NCBI GenBank assembly: GCA_035648435.1
Contig: DASRLN010000213.1
Coordinates: 1 to 54,887 of the forward strand
DNA length: 54,887 nucleotides
Direction of reading: 5' to 3'
Origin: Caulobacteraceae bacterium
Lineage (GTDB): Bacteria > Pseudomonadota > Alphaproteobacteria > Caulobacterales > Caulobacteraceae
Shown: positions 1 through 8,133 of the stretch, piece by piece
Layout of the letters: each line of letters opens with the position of its first letter
How positions within the stretch are numbered: position 1 is the first letter of the stretch
Translations under genes and position numbers: made by a program
The notes under the pieces: model-generated
Database searches by the model: none
Seen by the model: only the letters and a program-made list of their open reading frames with translations
Told to the model about the DNA's origin: nothing

Positions 1-130
1 CGGTGAGATCCTGGGCGCCGAACACGACGCCGGCCCGCAGCCATTCGATATGCACGCTGCCGGCCGCCGACGCCGGCGACACCAAGATCAGGGCGCCGAG
101 GGCGGCGAGGATCCCCGCGAGGCGGCGCAT
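1..130 (-). CDS. Partial phage protein with N-terminal signal peptide (runs off the left edge)
   Basis: ATG at 130 gives MRRLAGILAALGALILVSPASA-AGSVHIEW..., a basic n-region, hydrophobic h-region and AxA site. It starts immediately after the stop of the upstream gene. Confidence 0.6.
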   Translation of the reverse strand, partial: MRRLAGILAALGALILVSPASAAGSVHIEWLRAGVVFGAQDLT

Positions 131-131
131 G

Positions 132-494
132 TCAGACGGCCGAAACGATCTTGGCCGTCACCGCCGCCACCAGTCCGGCGGCGTAGGCGCCGACATGCTG
201 CTCGACGTAGGCCAGGCCCTCGTTGGCCAGCTTCACCGCCTCGGGCTCCAGCAGCTCGCCGATCAACGGGATGTGGCCGCAGGCGTTGGCGATCACGGCG
301 TCGATGGCGGTGTTGATCGCCGTCTCGAGATCGGTGACCAGGTTCGGCGCGGCGGCCATCGGGGCGGGCGACGCGGCGGCGGCCGCGGCCGGCGCGGCGG
401 TGGCGACGGCCGGGTCGGACGAGCCGAGGGCCCGTTCGATGAGCGTGCCGATGGGATCGAAGACATAGTCGAGGGCGAAGGAGGCGAGAGACAT
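132..494 (-). CDS. Phage hypothetical protein in lysis region
   Basis: MSLASFALDYVFDPIG... from the internal ATG of ORF 132..776; tightly packed with neighbours. Confidence 0.6.
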   Translation of the reverse strand: MSLASFALDYVFDPIGTLIERALGSSDPAVATAAPAAAAAASPAPMAAAPNLVTDLETAINTAIDAVIANACGHIPLIGELLEPEAVKLANEGLAYVEQHVGAYAAGLVAAVTAKIVSAV

Positions 495-505
495 GGTGGG
501 GCCTT

Positions 506-883
506 TCAGGGCTGAGGGTTTGCGAGGACGACGGGGCTGGGCGGATCGGCCGCGATGCGCGCGGCGATCGCGGCGCCGAGGGCGGCGGGGCTGACGCCCA
601 GGGCCTTGAGTGTCGCCGGGGCCGTGGTGTTGACGTAGGCCGCCGCGCTGGCGACCATGGCCGGCCCGGGAACGAGGGGGATGGAGCCGTCGATGTCGCT
701 GGCCGCCAGGGCGACGCCGTTGCCGATCGCCTTGTCCAGCAGGGCGCCGTTGGCGGCCGAGATCTGCACGTGGCACAGCCCCGCCACCCGCCGCGCCGCC
801 CAGCAGATCAAGCCGAGGGCGATCGGGGCCAGGATCGGCAGGATGACCTGGTCGACGATCGGGTTGAGGTCGATGGCGGTCAT
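506..883 (-). CDS. Putative holin
   Basis: 125 aa with an N-terminal TM segment (VILPILAPIALGLICWAA) followed by amphipathic helices; sits in the lysis cassette. Confidence 0.55.
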   Translation of the reverse strand: MTAIDLNPIVDQVILPILAPIALGLICWAARRVAGLCHVQISAANGALLDKAIGNGVALAASDIDGSIPLVPGPAMVASAAAYVNTTAPATLKALGVSPAALGAAIAARIAADPPSPVVLANPQP

Positions 884-887
884 GGTG

Positions 888-1187
888 TCAGGGCTCCTTG
901 CCGTCGGGCTTGGGCGAAGAGAAATCGCGTCGCTTGGGCGCGAAGGGGGCCGGGTCGCGCATCCAGCGGATCGAGGCGTTCAAATCGCGGAGTTGCTCGA
1001 CCAGGCCGTCCATCCGCGTCTCGATCCGCGCCACCGTGGTCGACAGCGTGCGCAGGGGCGCCATGTCGGCCTCCAGCTGCTTGACCCGGTTGGTCAGCGT
1101 CGCCCCCCAGATCAGCAGCCCGGCGAACTGGATCGCGACGGCGACCAGAACCACCCAGGCGTTCGCCGCGATCGCCGTCTCGGCCAT
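888..1187 (-). CDS. Single-TM coiled-coil protein (lysis accessory, holin/antiholin-like)
   Basis: Hydrophobic N-terminus (AWVVLVAVAIQFAGLLIWG) then a heptad-like segment (VARIETRMDGLVEQLRDL). Confidence 0.55.
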   Translation of the reverse strand: MAETAIAANAWVVLVAVAIQFAGLLIWGATLTNRVKQLEADMAPLRTLSTTVARIETRMDGLVEQLRDLNASIRWMRDPAPFAPKRRDFSSPKPDGKEP

Positions 1188-1562
1188 TCACGGGATCACG
1201 ATCAATTCGCGGTCGAGGCTGCCGGCGACGGCGATGCGGATCGGCCGCGCCGCGACGATGCAGCCATGGCTGGCGCTGTGGTCGTCGTCGAGATTGTCGC
1301 CGTGGATGAAGAACGCCGAGCGCTCGATGCTCGGATCGTCGAACGCCACCACGGTCAGCGGCAGGGCGCAGGGTCCAAGGTGATCGACCGGGAACAGCGC
1401 CAGGCCGATGGTATAGCGCCCCGGCGGTATAGGCCCGACGCCCTCCACGGCCGCCAGCGCCGGGTTGTTCAGCCCCTCGCCGTTGCCGCTGTAGCCGGTC
1501 CCGATCACCGCGCCCGTGGGGCTGGTGATCTCCCCGGTGCTGTCCCGATATGTCCACGCCAT
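1188..1562 (-). CDS. Tlde1/DUF2778-like L,D-transpeptidase-fold protein, candidate endolysin
   Basis: Motifs GYSG...GPIPPGRY...FFIHGD...SASHGCIV, with the catalytic H...SHGC signature; ATG at 1562. Confidence 0.8.
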   Translation of the reverse strand: MAWTYRDSTGEITSPTGAVIGTGYSGNGEGLNNPALAAVEGVGPIPPGRYTIGLALFPVDHLGPCALPLTVVAFDDPSIERSAFFIHGDNLDDDHSASHGCIVAARPIRIAVAGSLDRELIVIP

Positions 1563-1568
1563 GCCCGC

Positions 1569-1598
1569 ACTCTGGCGCGCCCGACGCGCGCGCAACGC
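1569..1598 (-). promoter_or_regulatory. Putative late promoter for the lysis cassette
   Basis: GCGTTGCGC-N15-CAGAGT; same motif and spacing at 16066-16095 and 23361-23390. Confidence 0.55.
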
Positions 1599-1602
1599 GG
1601 GG

Positions 1603-4278
1603 CTAGTGGGCGGTCGCGCCGCCGATCGCGGCCATGTTCGGCGCCCGGGTCGGGGCGATGTCGCCGCGCGGCCACCAGGCGCCCGATCCGCGCTCGCGCT
1701 CCATCTGCCGCGCCGAGCGGTCGAAGGCGGCCTGGGCGTCGGGATCCATGGCCTTCTGCAGCTGGTCGATGATGGCGCGGTCGAAGGCGGTGCGCGCCCA
1801 CCACAGCGAGGCCCCGGGGGTATAGGCGGCCAGGTCATGGGCGATGCGGCGGACCTCGTGATCGTGCGCCTTGGGGTGCTGGCCCCGCGACGCCGCGTCC
1901 TGGACCTCGCCGCCGGTCAGGTCCCAGGCGTCGGACGCCAGCTGGCCGGTCGGCCCCAGGGCGACGATCGGCGCGCTCTTCTCGTTGCGCGCCTGCTGGG
2001 CGTAGAAGAAATCGCCGAGGATGCCCAGGCCGCCGCCCTGCATCAGGGCCGCGCCCCAGAACTGCGGGGAATTCATCGGCAGCGGGTCTAGGCCCCGGGC
2101 GACCTGCTTCATCTGGACGGTCATCGCCCCGCTCAGGGTCAGCATGCCGACCATGCCGGCCGCCCAGGCGGTCGCCCAGGCCGCCGAGCCGTAGGTCCCA
2201 TATCCCCGCGCCACGCCGCGCAGGAACAGCTCCTCGGCATACTGGTATTGGGCGTTGACCAGGAAGGTCTTGAACATGGTCAGTGACCGGAACATCTCGC
2301 CCTTGATCGTGCCGGGCCGCGCATCGCCCAGTAGAGCGGCCCGGGTCCACAGCGACGAGGACACCGGCACCGCGTATTGCTCGCCGTTGAGCACCATCTC
2401 GCCGACGCGAAGTCCGAGTTCCTGGCCGGCGGTGTCGGCGATGTCCTGCGGGCGCAGGAACTTCACCCCGGGTTTCGGCTCCCAGGAAGGGGTGGCGCGG
2501 ATGGCGTCCCAGTCGGCGGCGGTGAAGCCTCGCGCCGCGAGTTCGGTGGCGAGCGCCCGTTCCTGGCCGTTCCCAGCCGCCAGATCGCCCAGGGTATGGG
2601 CTTTCGCATGGTCTAGGGCTCCCATGAAGCTCATCCGGAAACTGCGCTTGCGGGCCTCGAAACTGCCGGTGAGGCCCTCGAGGCGCATTATCGCGCTCGG
2701 CAGCTTGCGGGCGAAGACGTTCATGCCGGCCACCGCCTTGTCGCCGGCGGTCAGGCTGCGCAAGCTGTCCTGGGCGGCCGAGACCAGGCCGTCGCGGGCC
2801 GCCTCGTTGATGAACCCCATCCGCCGGGCAACGCCGCGCAGCTCGGGGCTGGCCAGCAATCCGGCCAGTTGGCCCATGTCGCCCTGGAACTTGATGCCCA
2901 TGAAGCTGCGCGCCATGGCCCCGAACATCGGGGCGCTGGGCATGTCGGTGAGGATTGCGCCGCCGAGGTCCGCGCCATTGAGATAGCTGCGGATCGTCGC
3001 CCCGGTCGCCGCCAGCTTCTCGTTGACCGGGACATTGGTCTTGCCGGTGTAGCTGTCGAACATGTTCTGGGCCTGGTGGATGCTGCTCTTGGCCGCCCGC
3101 TCCGCGCCCTCGGCCCCGCCCAATCGCTCGATCGCCGCCTCGCGCTCGGCGAAGGCCACAAGCCACTTCCACTGGTGCTCGGGGTTCGGACCCAGGATCT
3201 GCATCAGGCCGATATCTTTCGCCATGTCGTCGAGGTGGCCGATCATCGCCACATAGGCGTCGCCCTGGCCGAAGCTCTTCTGGTAGCTCTGCCAGGCATC
3301 GGTGTCGCGGAAGGCGAGGAACCGCTCTTCGCCCCTTGTCATCGCCAGGGCGCCGACGCCGGGATGTTCGCCCGGCTGTTTGTCGATCAGTCCCCGGGTG
3401 ACGATGCGGTCATAGACTTCGCCGAGCTTGACGGTCAGGCGCTTGGCCGTGAACGGCGCGCCGGTCAGCTTATCGACCATCTTGGCGCGGTCTAGCAGCG
3501 GCTGGGTGAAGGCCACCCACGCCGGCCGGCCGGCCTTGTAGATCGCCGCCGCGTCGTGGCTCTGCGGCAGGCCCCACTTGCCGTCGGCGATCTTGCCGAT
3601 CGAGCCGCCGGCGGCGTTGAACATCTGCCGCGCCTGTTCGGCGGTCTCCGACCAGCTGGCCGCCAGGCCCCTGGCGGCGGCGTCGCCGGTGTCCTCGCCG
3701 AACGCCTCGCGAACAATGTTGCCCAGCGCCGCCCGGTTTGGGCTGTCGAAGCCCAGGCGGCTCTGGAACTTCTCCATGATCGCGGCCATCCTGGCGTCGA
3801 ACAGGCCGCGCACCGCCAGCGCCCGCCCCTCGACGCTGGGGAACGGGCCGCCGCTGAGGCCGCCCTTGTTGCGCATGATCAGCGGCAGCGCTTTGGCCGC
3901 CCGCGCGCCGTTCTTGAACGGCCCCTCCTTCGGCGGCTCGCCGCCCTGGACCCAGCCGCCCTTCGGCGGCTGGCCGCCGGAGCCGCCCAGCGCCTCGACG
4001 TTCTCGTATCCGCGGCGCTCCTTGAGGCCCGCGATGCCCTCCAGCAGCGAACGCCTGGCGCGGATCGCCAGCGCCTGTTGCCGCTTGGCCTCCAGCGCCG
4101 CCCTCTGCACCGCGTCCAGGACCTGCTTGCCGGCCAAGCGATCCGCCTCGCCGGGTCCCAGCGTCTTGACCGCCTCGGCATAGGCGTCGGCATAACTCTC
4201 CCGCGCCGCCTGCCCGATCTCCGGCGTGATCGCCCCGCCGGCCACGCCGTCGATTATGCACTGATCGAAGGTGGCCAT
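1603..4278 (-). CDS. Internal virion (DNA ejection) protein, gp16-like
   Basis: 891 aa, last of the large virion genes; hydrophobic C-terminal segments (AALMQGGGLGILGDFF) typical of epsilon15/BPP-1-like ejection proteins. Confidence 0.75.
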   Translation of the reverse strand: MATFDQCIIDGVAGGAITPEIGQAARESYADAYAEAVKTLGPGEADRLAGKQVLDAVQRAALEAKRQQALAIRARRSLLEGIAGLKERRGYENVEALGGSGGQPPKGGWVQGGEPPKEGPFKNGARAAKALPLIMRNKGGLSGGPFPSVEGRALAVRGLFDARMAAIMEKFQSRLGFDSPNRAALGNIVREAFGEDTGDAAARGLAASWSETAEQARQMFNAAGGSIGKIADGKWGLPQSHDAAAIYKAGRPAWVAFTQPLLDRAKMVDKLTGAPFTAKRLTVKLGEVYDRIVTRGLIDKQPGEHPGVGALAMTRGEERFLAFRDTDAWQSYQKSFGQGDAYVAMIGHLDDMAKDIGLMQILGPNPEHQWKWLVAFAEREAAIERLGGAEGAERAAKSSIHQAQNMFDSYTGKTNVPVNEKLAATGATIRSYLNGADLGGAILTDMPSAPMFGAMARSFMGIKFQGDMGQLAGLLASPELRGVARRMGFINEAARDGLVSAAQDSLRSLTAGDKAVAGMNVFARKLPSAIMRLEGLTGSFEARKRSFRMSFMGALDHAKAHTLGDLAAGNGQERALATELAARGFTAADWDAIRATPSWEPKPGVKFLRPQDIADTAGQELGLRVGEMVLNGEQYAVPVSSSLWTRAALLGDARPGTIKGEMFRSLTMFKTFLVNAQYQYAEELFLRGVARGYGTYGSAAWATAWAAGMVGMLTLSGAMTVQMKQVARGLDPLPMNSPQFWGAALMQGGGLGILGDFFYAQQARNEKSAPIVALGPTGQLASDAWDLTGGEVQDAASRGQHPKAHDHEVRRIAHDLAAYTPGASLWWARTAFDRAIIDQLQKAMDPDAQAAFDRSARQMERERGSGAWWPRGDIAPTRAPNMAAIGGATAH

Positions 4279-4281
4279 CGC

Positions 4282-7200
4282 CTACTCCGGCGCGCAGGAC
4301 TTGAGGTGCTCGAACGCGCGCTCCTGCGGTGTCGCGTCCGGGATGTCGTCGAACAGGCCTTGGCTCTGGCCGCGCACCGAGACCGGTGTGATGTCGCCTG
4401 GGGTGGCCGCCGGAAGTTCGCGATGGAGGCGCGCGCGGCCGGCCGCCGGTCCCTCTTCGATGTATGTGTCGAGCCAGCTCTTATCGCCCCGGCTACTGTC
4501 GAGCGGGCGGCTCCCCAGGCGCTCGCCGATCTCAGCCACCGACCGGGCGACATATTCCCGGTCCAGCTTGGCGGCTTCCGCGTCCCAGGGTTCTTCGTCG
4601 CCCCCCCGCGTGGAGCCCGAGCCACCGGCTTCGTTGACCTGGTCGCCCCGGCCGCCCATATTGCCAGCGGAGGCCTCGCCTTCCGGTGTTCCACCCCCTG
4701 GTTTGCTACCGGGGTCCGAGCGGGCGCCGGGAGCGGGGTCTTCATTCTCCAGGACAACATGATCATAGTGGAACCGACCGCGGTTGGTTTCGCGGATCGT
4801 GACCCTGGCGGTCAACGGGCGCCCGGCGATTTCCACCGGCGCTTCGAGCGTGTGGTAAGCTCGCGTGCTGGGCTCCGCGCCCGGGTCGCGCGGCGGTTCC
4901 GATCCCACCAGATCGCCGTCACGGATGATGTCGGGCAGTCCGGCGAACAGCCGCAGGGTGTCGGGATTGGCGCTGTGCGAGCGCACTTTCTTGAGCCCGG
5001 CGGTGCTGAAGCCGACCTCCGCCCCGAGGGCGCGGCTTTCCACCTTCAGGGGCCGCAGCACCCGCTCGAAGTAGGCGTTGACAGCCTCCCGCAAGCTCAC
5101 CAACGGCGTCGAGCGCGGCGCGATCTCCTCGCCGCTCAGTCGAACCAGGGGCGAACTCGCGGCGCCCGGCTGGTGCGTCAGGGCCACGCGTTCCGGTGGG
5201 GCGCGCTCTGTGCGGTCCGCCGCCAATCGTTGCATGTCGCGGACGAAGCCGCCGATCACCTCCCGGGCCTGTTCGGGTCGCCACTGGCCACTGGCGACCA
5301 GGCCTTCCACCATCCTGTCTGGGATCGCGCCGGGATCCACGCCGCGGGCGACGAGGTTGCGATAGGCGTTCGACATCCTCACGAAGGCTGCCTGGACAGT
5401 CGGCGTCGCCGTGCCTTCTGGCACCTTGGCCAATTCCTCCGCCGTCGCCCGGCGAGCGCCGACGGCGCCCCAGTAGGCGACCCGGTCATCAGACAAGTGC
5501 GGATCATGCTCGGCGATGTCTTGATGGGCGTCAAGTATTTGGCGGATGTCGTCTTCCTGCGCGTCAGTTTCTCCGATGCCGTACACCAGTCGATCCTGGT
5601 CGGCCGTCAGCTCGCCATACTTGGTGTCGAACTCACGCGACCCTTCGTCCGCGCGCCGCGGGTCGGTGCTGTTGCGCTTTCGGTCCAGCCTTTCGAATTC
5701 TTTTGCTTCGGCCTCGCCGCCGAAAGCCTGGACCACCTTGTCATGATCGCTGGTGGTCTTCTCCTCGAGCATCGCCTGGAGCCGATCGGGCTCCAGCGAC
5801 CACAGGCGACCGACCTCGACCTGGGACGCCTCCCGCTGGGCGCGGATTTTTTCGGCGACGGCGCGCAGATCATCGGGAGTGGCGAATTTCTCTCGTTCCG
5901 CATCTTCCGGCTTGGCCGCGATCTGCCCAGCCTGGCCCTTTCCGCCTACCTCGTCGAAAGCCCTCGCGGCCGCGTCGGAGGGGGGCAGGGAAACGGCAGG
6001 ATCGAGCAACCCACTGCGCCCGGCGTCGATCTTTTCGCCGTTGGCGATGGCGCTCTTGACCCGGGCCAAGAGGCCCTTGCCGGCCTCGCCGATCGGCCGG
6101 CCGTCGGTGATTTCCCGGGCCGCGGCGGTCATCGCGTCGCCGAGGTCGCCGGCCCGCATGCCGAGCTTGGCGATCTGCTCGAGGGCGGCGTTGCTGGTCG
6201 CCAGGCTGGCCTCGTTGGCGTCGCGGGCCAGGACATTGCCGCCGGCCTCGATGGCGTCTGCATGCTTCGTGAGCTGGCCATAGAGCCGGCTGTCGCCGCG
6301 CAGGTTGCGCAGCAGCCAGGCGCGCAGTTTGGCCCGCCCGATCGCCACGCTCTGGGCCGGGGTGTCGCCGAACAGGTCGGACTGGGCGCCCTCGCTCTGC
6401 AGCCAGTCGTCGAGCTGGGCTTCCTGGACCAGGGCGTGGGCCTCGTCGAGGTTGGCCGGCTCGCCGGCGTGGAGCAGCTTGACCATGCCGGAATGGAGAT
6501 CCGGCCGGTCGCCGGCCAGCTGGCCGATGATCGCGCCATAGCGCTCGGGGATGACCTTGTTGATCACCGCCCCGAGGGCGTCGGACGAGAGGCGCGCCAG
6601 GCCCTTCCCCTGCCGCACCACCTCGCCGGTCAACGGCAGGCTGTCGTCGTTCATGGTCGCCGGGTTGGCGCGAAACACCTTGGCCGCGTCCAGCGCGCTC
6701 CCCTGGCCTTCGCGGATGTTCTTGAGCGCGGCTATGGTGCGCACCTCGGCCGGGCTCCAGCCGTCGGCCTGGCGGAACAGGTAGCCGTCGAGGCGCGCCT
6801 CGAAGCCCTGCTCGCCCATGCGGTTGGCCAGCGCCAGGCGCTGGTGTCCGTCGGCGATTGTCAGCGCGCCGGTCTCGTCCTGATAGACGATGACCTTGCC
6901 GCTGCTGGTCGGGTCCCAGGCCTGGACGCCCTTCAGCCGGTCGGTCACCCCCTGGGCGTCGCCGTCGCTCTTGTACTGGAACGTCGCCGGATCGGTTCCG
7001 ATCGCGGCCGGATCGAAGGTCCCCGAATAGATCGCGCGGCCGCGGTATTCGGCCCGCTCGTACAGCGCCGCGCCCTGGGCGCCGCCTTGCGGATCGACGA
7101 ACGGCGCGCGGGTCGCCGCGTCGATGGCGTTGACCGGGTCCGGGCCGAAGAGGTCGCCGACGTCGCGGTCGGGGGCCGGGATCGGCGGCGGCGAGCCGGT

Positions 7201-8130
7201 CTCCAGGCTGGTGAGACCCGTCTCATAGTCCGATCCCGAGCGCGTCGGGCCGATGGCCATGTCGTCGCGGCCGGCCTGGTCGAGGACATTCAAGGCGCCC
7301 CGCGCCGCGTCGTCGCCGGCGAACGCCTTGCGGATCGCCGGCATGGCGCGGGCGATGATCGGGCTGAGCACCGCCTTCAGCGCCGTGGCGCCCAGCTCGA
7401 ACGCCCCGCCGCTCACCGCGCCGCCGACGATGTCGCTGATCGCCTCCGGCAGGCCGTAGGCCGGGCCGCCGACCTCGCCGGCCTCCAACGCCTTGCCGGG
7501 CGCCTCGGCCGCCGCCACGCCGCCCCAGATCCCCGATTGCGCCAGCACCCGCAGGGCCAGCGGCGCGCCCTCCATCAGGCCGCCGGTGGCGGCGCCGACC
7601 GCCAGGTTGACCGGATCGGTGAGCTGCGCCCCCGATCCGCCGAGAAACGCGCCGAAAGGATGCTGCGCGGCGCCGGCCTGAGCGCGGGCGGCGATGGCGT
7701 TGAGGTTGGTGTCCACGCCGGCCTGGACCTGGGCGGCCGTGGGTACGCCGGCCATCTGGGCCGGATACTTGGCGCGGAGGGCGTCGATCGCCTGCTCGCC
7801 GTACCCGTTGGCGAACGAGGCGGCGTTGGCCACGTCGCCATAGAGGCTGGGCACGCCGGTCGCCGGGTCGATGTCCTGGTCGAGGCCGGCGGCCGACCCG
7901 ACGCCGCGAAAGGCCTGCGCCCCCACGCGGCCCTCGATGTCGCGGTTGCGGGCGGTGAAGGCGTCGTCCAGCGCCTGCTCCCGCGCGCCCAGCCGCTGGT
8001 TGCTGACCCCGTCGTCGAAGCTCGATTGCACGGCGTCCCAGAACGGAATTGGCGCCCGGTCGAAACCCGGCGTGATCTGGCTCTCGACCTCGGCATCGCC
8101 GATCGGCATCGAGACGGCGAAACCGGGCAC
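4282..8130 (-). CDS. Large internal virion/polyvalent protein with ParB-like and LPD3-like domains
   Basis: 1282 aa between ejection genes. ParB/Srx-like motif KVIVYQD...IADGHQRL at ~6660-7030; LPD3-like segment VGFSTAGLKKVRSH...LPDIIRDG...ARVTIRE...FHYDH at ~4745-5145. Confidence 0.7.
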   Translation of the reverse strand: MPGFAVSMPIGDAEVESQITPGFDRAPIPFWDAVQSSFDDGVSNQRLGAREQALDDAFTARNRDIEGRVGAQAFRGVGSAAGLDQDIDPATGVPSLYGDVANAASFANGYGEQAIDALRAKYPAQMAGVPTAAQVQAGVDTNLNAIAARAQAGAAQHPFGAFLGGSGAQLTDPVNLAVGAATGGLMEGAPLALRVLAQSGIWGGVAAAEAPGKALEAGEVGGPAYGLPEAISDIVGGAVSGGAFELGATALKAVLSPIIARAMPAIRKAFAGDDAARGALNVLDQAGRDDMAIGPTRSGSDYETGLTSLETGSPPPIPAPDRDVGDLFGPDPVNAIDAATRAPFVDPQGGAQGAALYERAEYRGRAIYSGTFDPAAIGTDPATFQYKSDGDAQGVTDRLKGVQAWDPTSSGKVIVYQDETGALTIADGHQRLALANRMGEQGFEARLDGYLFRQADGWSPAEVRTIAALKNIREGQGSALDAAKVFRANPATMNDDSLPLTGEVVRQGKGLARLSSDALGAVINKVIPERYGAIIGQLAGDRPDLHSGMVKLLHAGEPANLDEAHALVQEAQLDDWLQSEGAQSDLFGDTPAQSVAIGRAKLRAWLLRNLRGDSRLYGQLTKHADAIEAGGNVLARDANEASLATSNAALEQIAKLGMRAGDLGDAMTAAAREITDGRPIGEAGKGLLARVKSAIANGEKIDAGRSGLLDPAVSLPPSDAAARAFDEVGGKGQAGQIAAKPEDAEREKFATPDDLRAVAEKIRAQREASQVEVGRLWSLEPDRLQAMLEEKTTSDHDKVVQAFGGEAEAKEFERLDRKRNSTDPRRADEGSREFDTKYGELTADQDRLVYGIGETDAQEDDIRQILDAHQDIAEHDPHLSDDRVAYWGAVGARRATAEELAKVPEGTATPTVQAAFVRMSNAYRNLVARGVDPGAIPDRMVEGLVASGQWRPEQAREVIGGFVRDMQRLAADRTERAPPERVALTHQPGAASSPLVRLSGEEIAPRSTPLVSLREAVNAYFERVLRPLKVESRALGAEVGFSTAGLKKVRSHSANPDTLRLFAGLPDIIRDGDLVGSEPPRDPGAEPSTRAYHTLEAPVEIAGRPLTARVTIRETNRGRFHYDHVVLENEDPAPGARSDPGSKPGGGTPEGEASAGNMGGRGDQVNEAGGSGSTRGGDEEPWDAEAAKLDREYVARSVAEIGERLGSRPLDSSRGDKSWLDTYIEEGPAAGRARLHRELPAATPGDITPVSVRGQSQGLFDDIPDATPQERAFEHLKSCAPE

Positions 8131-8133
8131 GGC

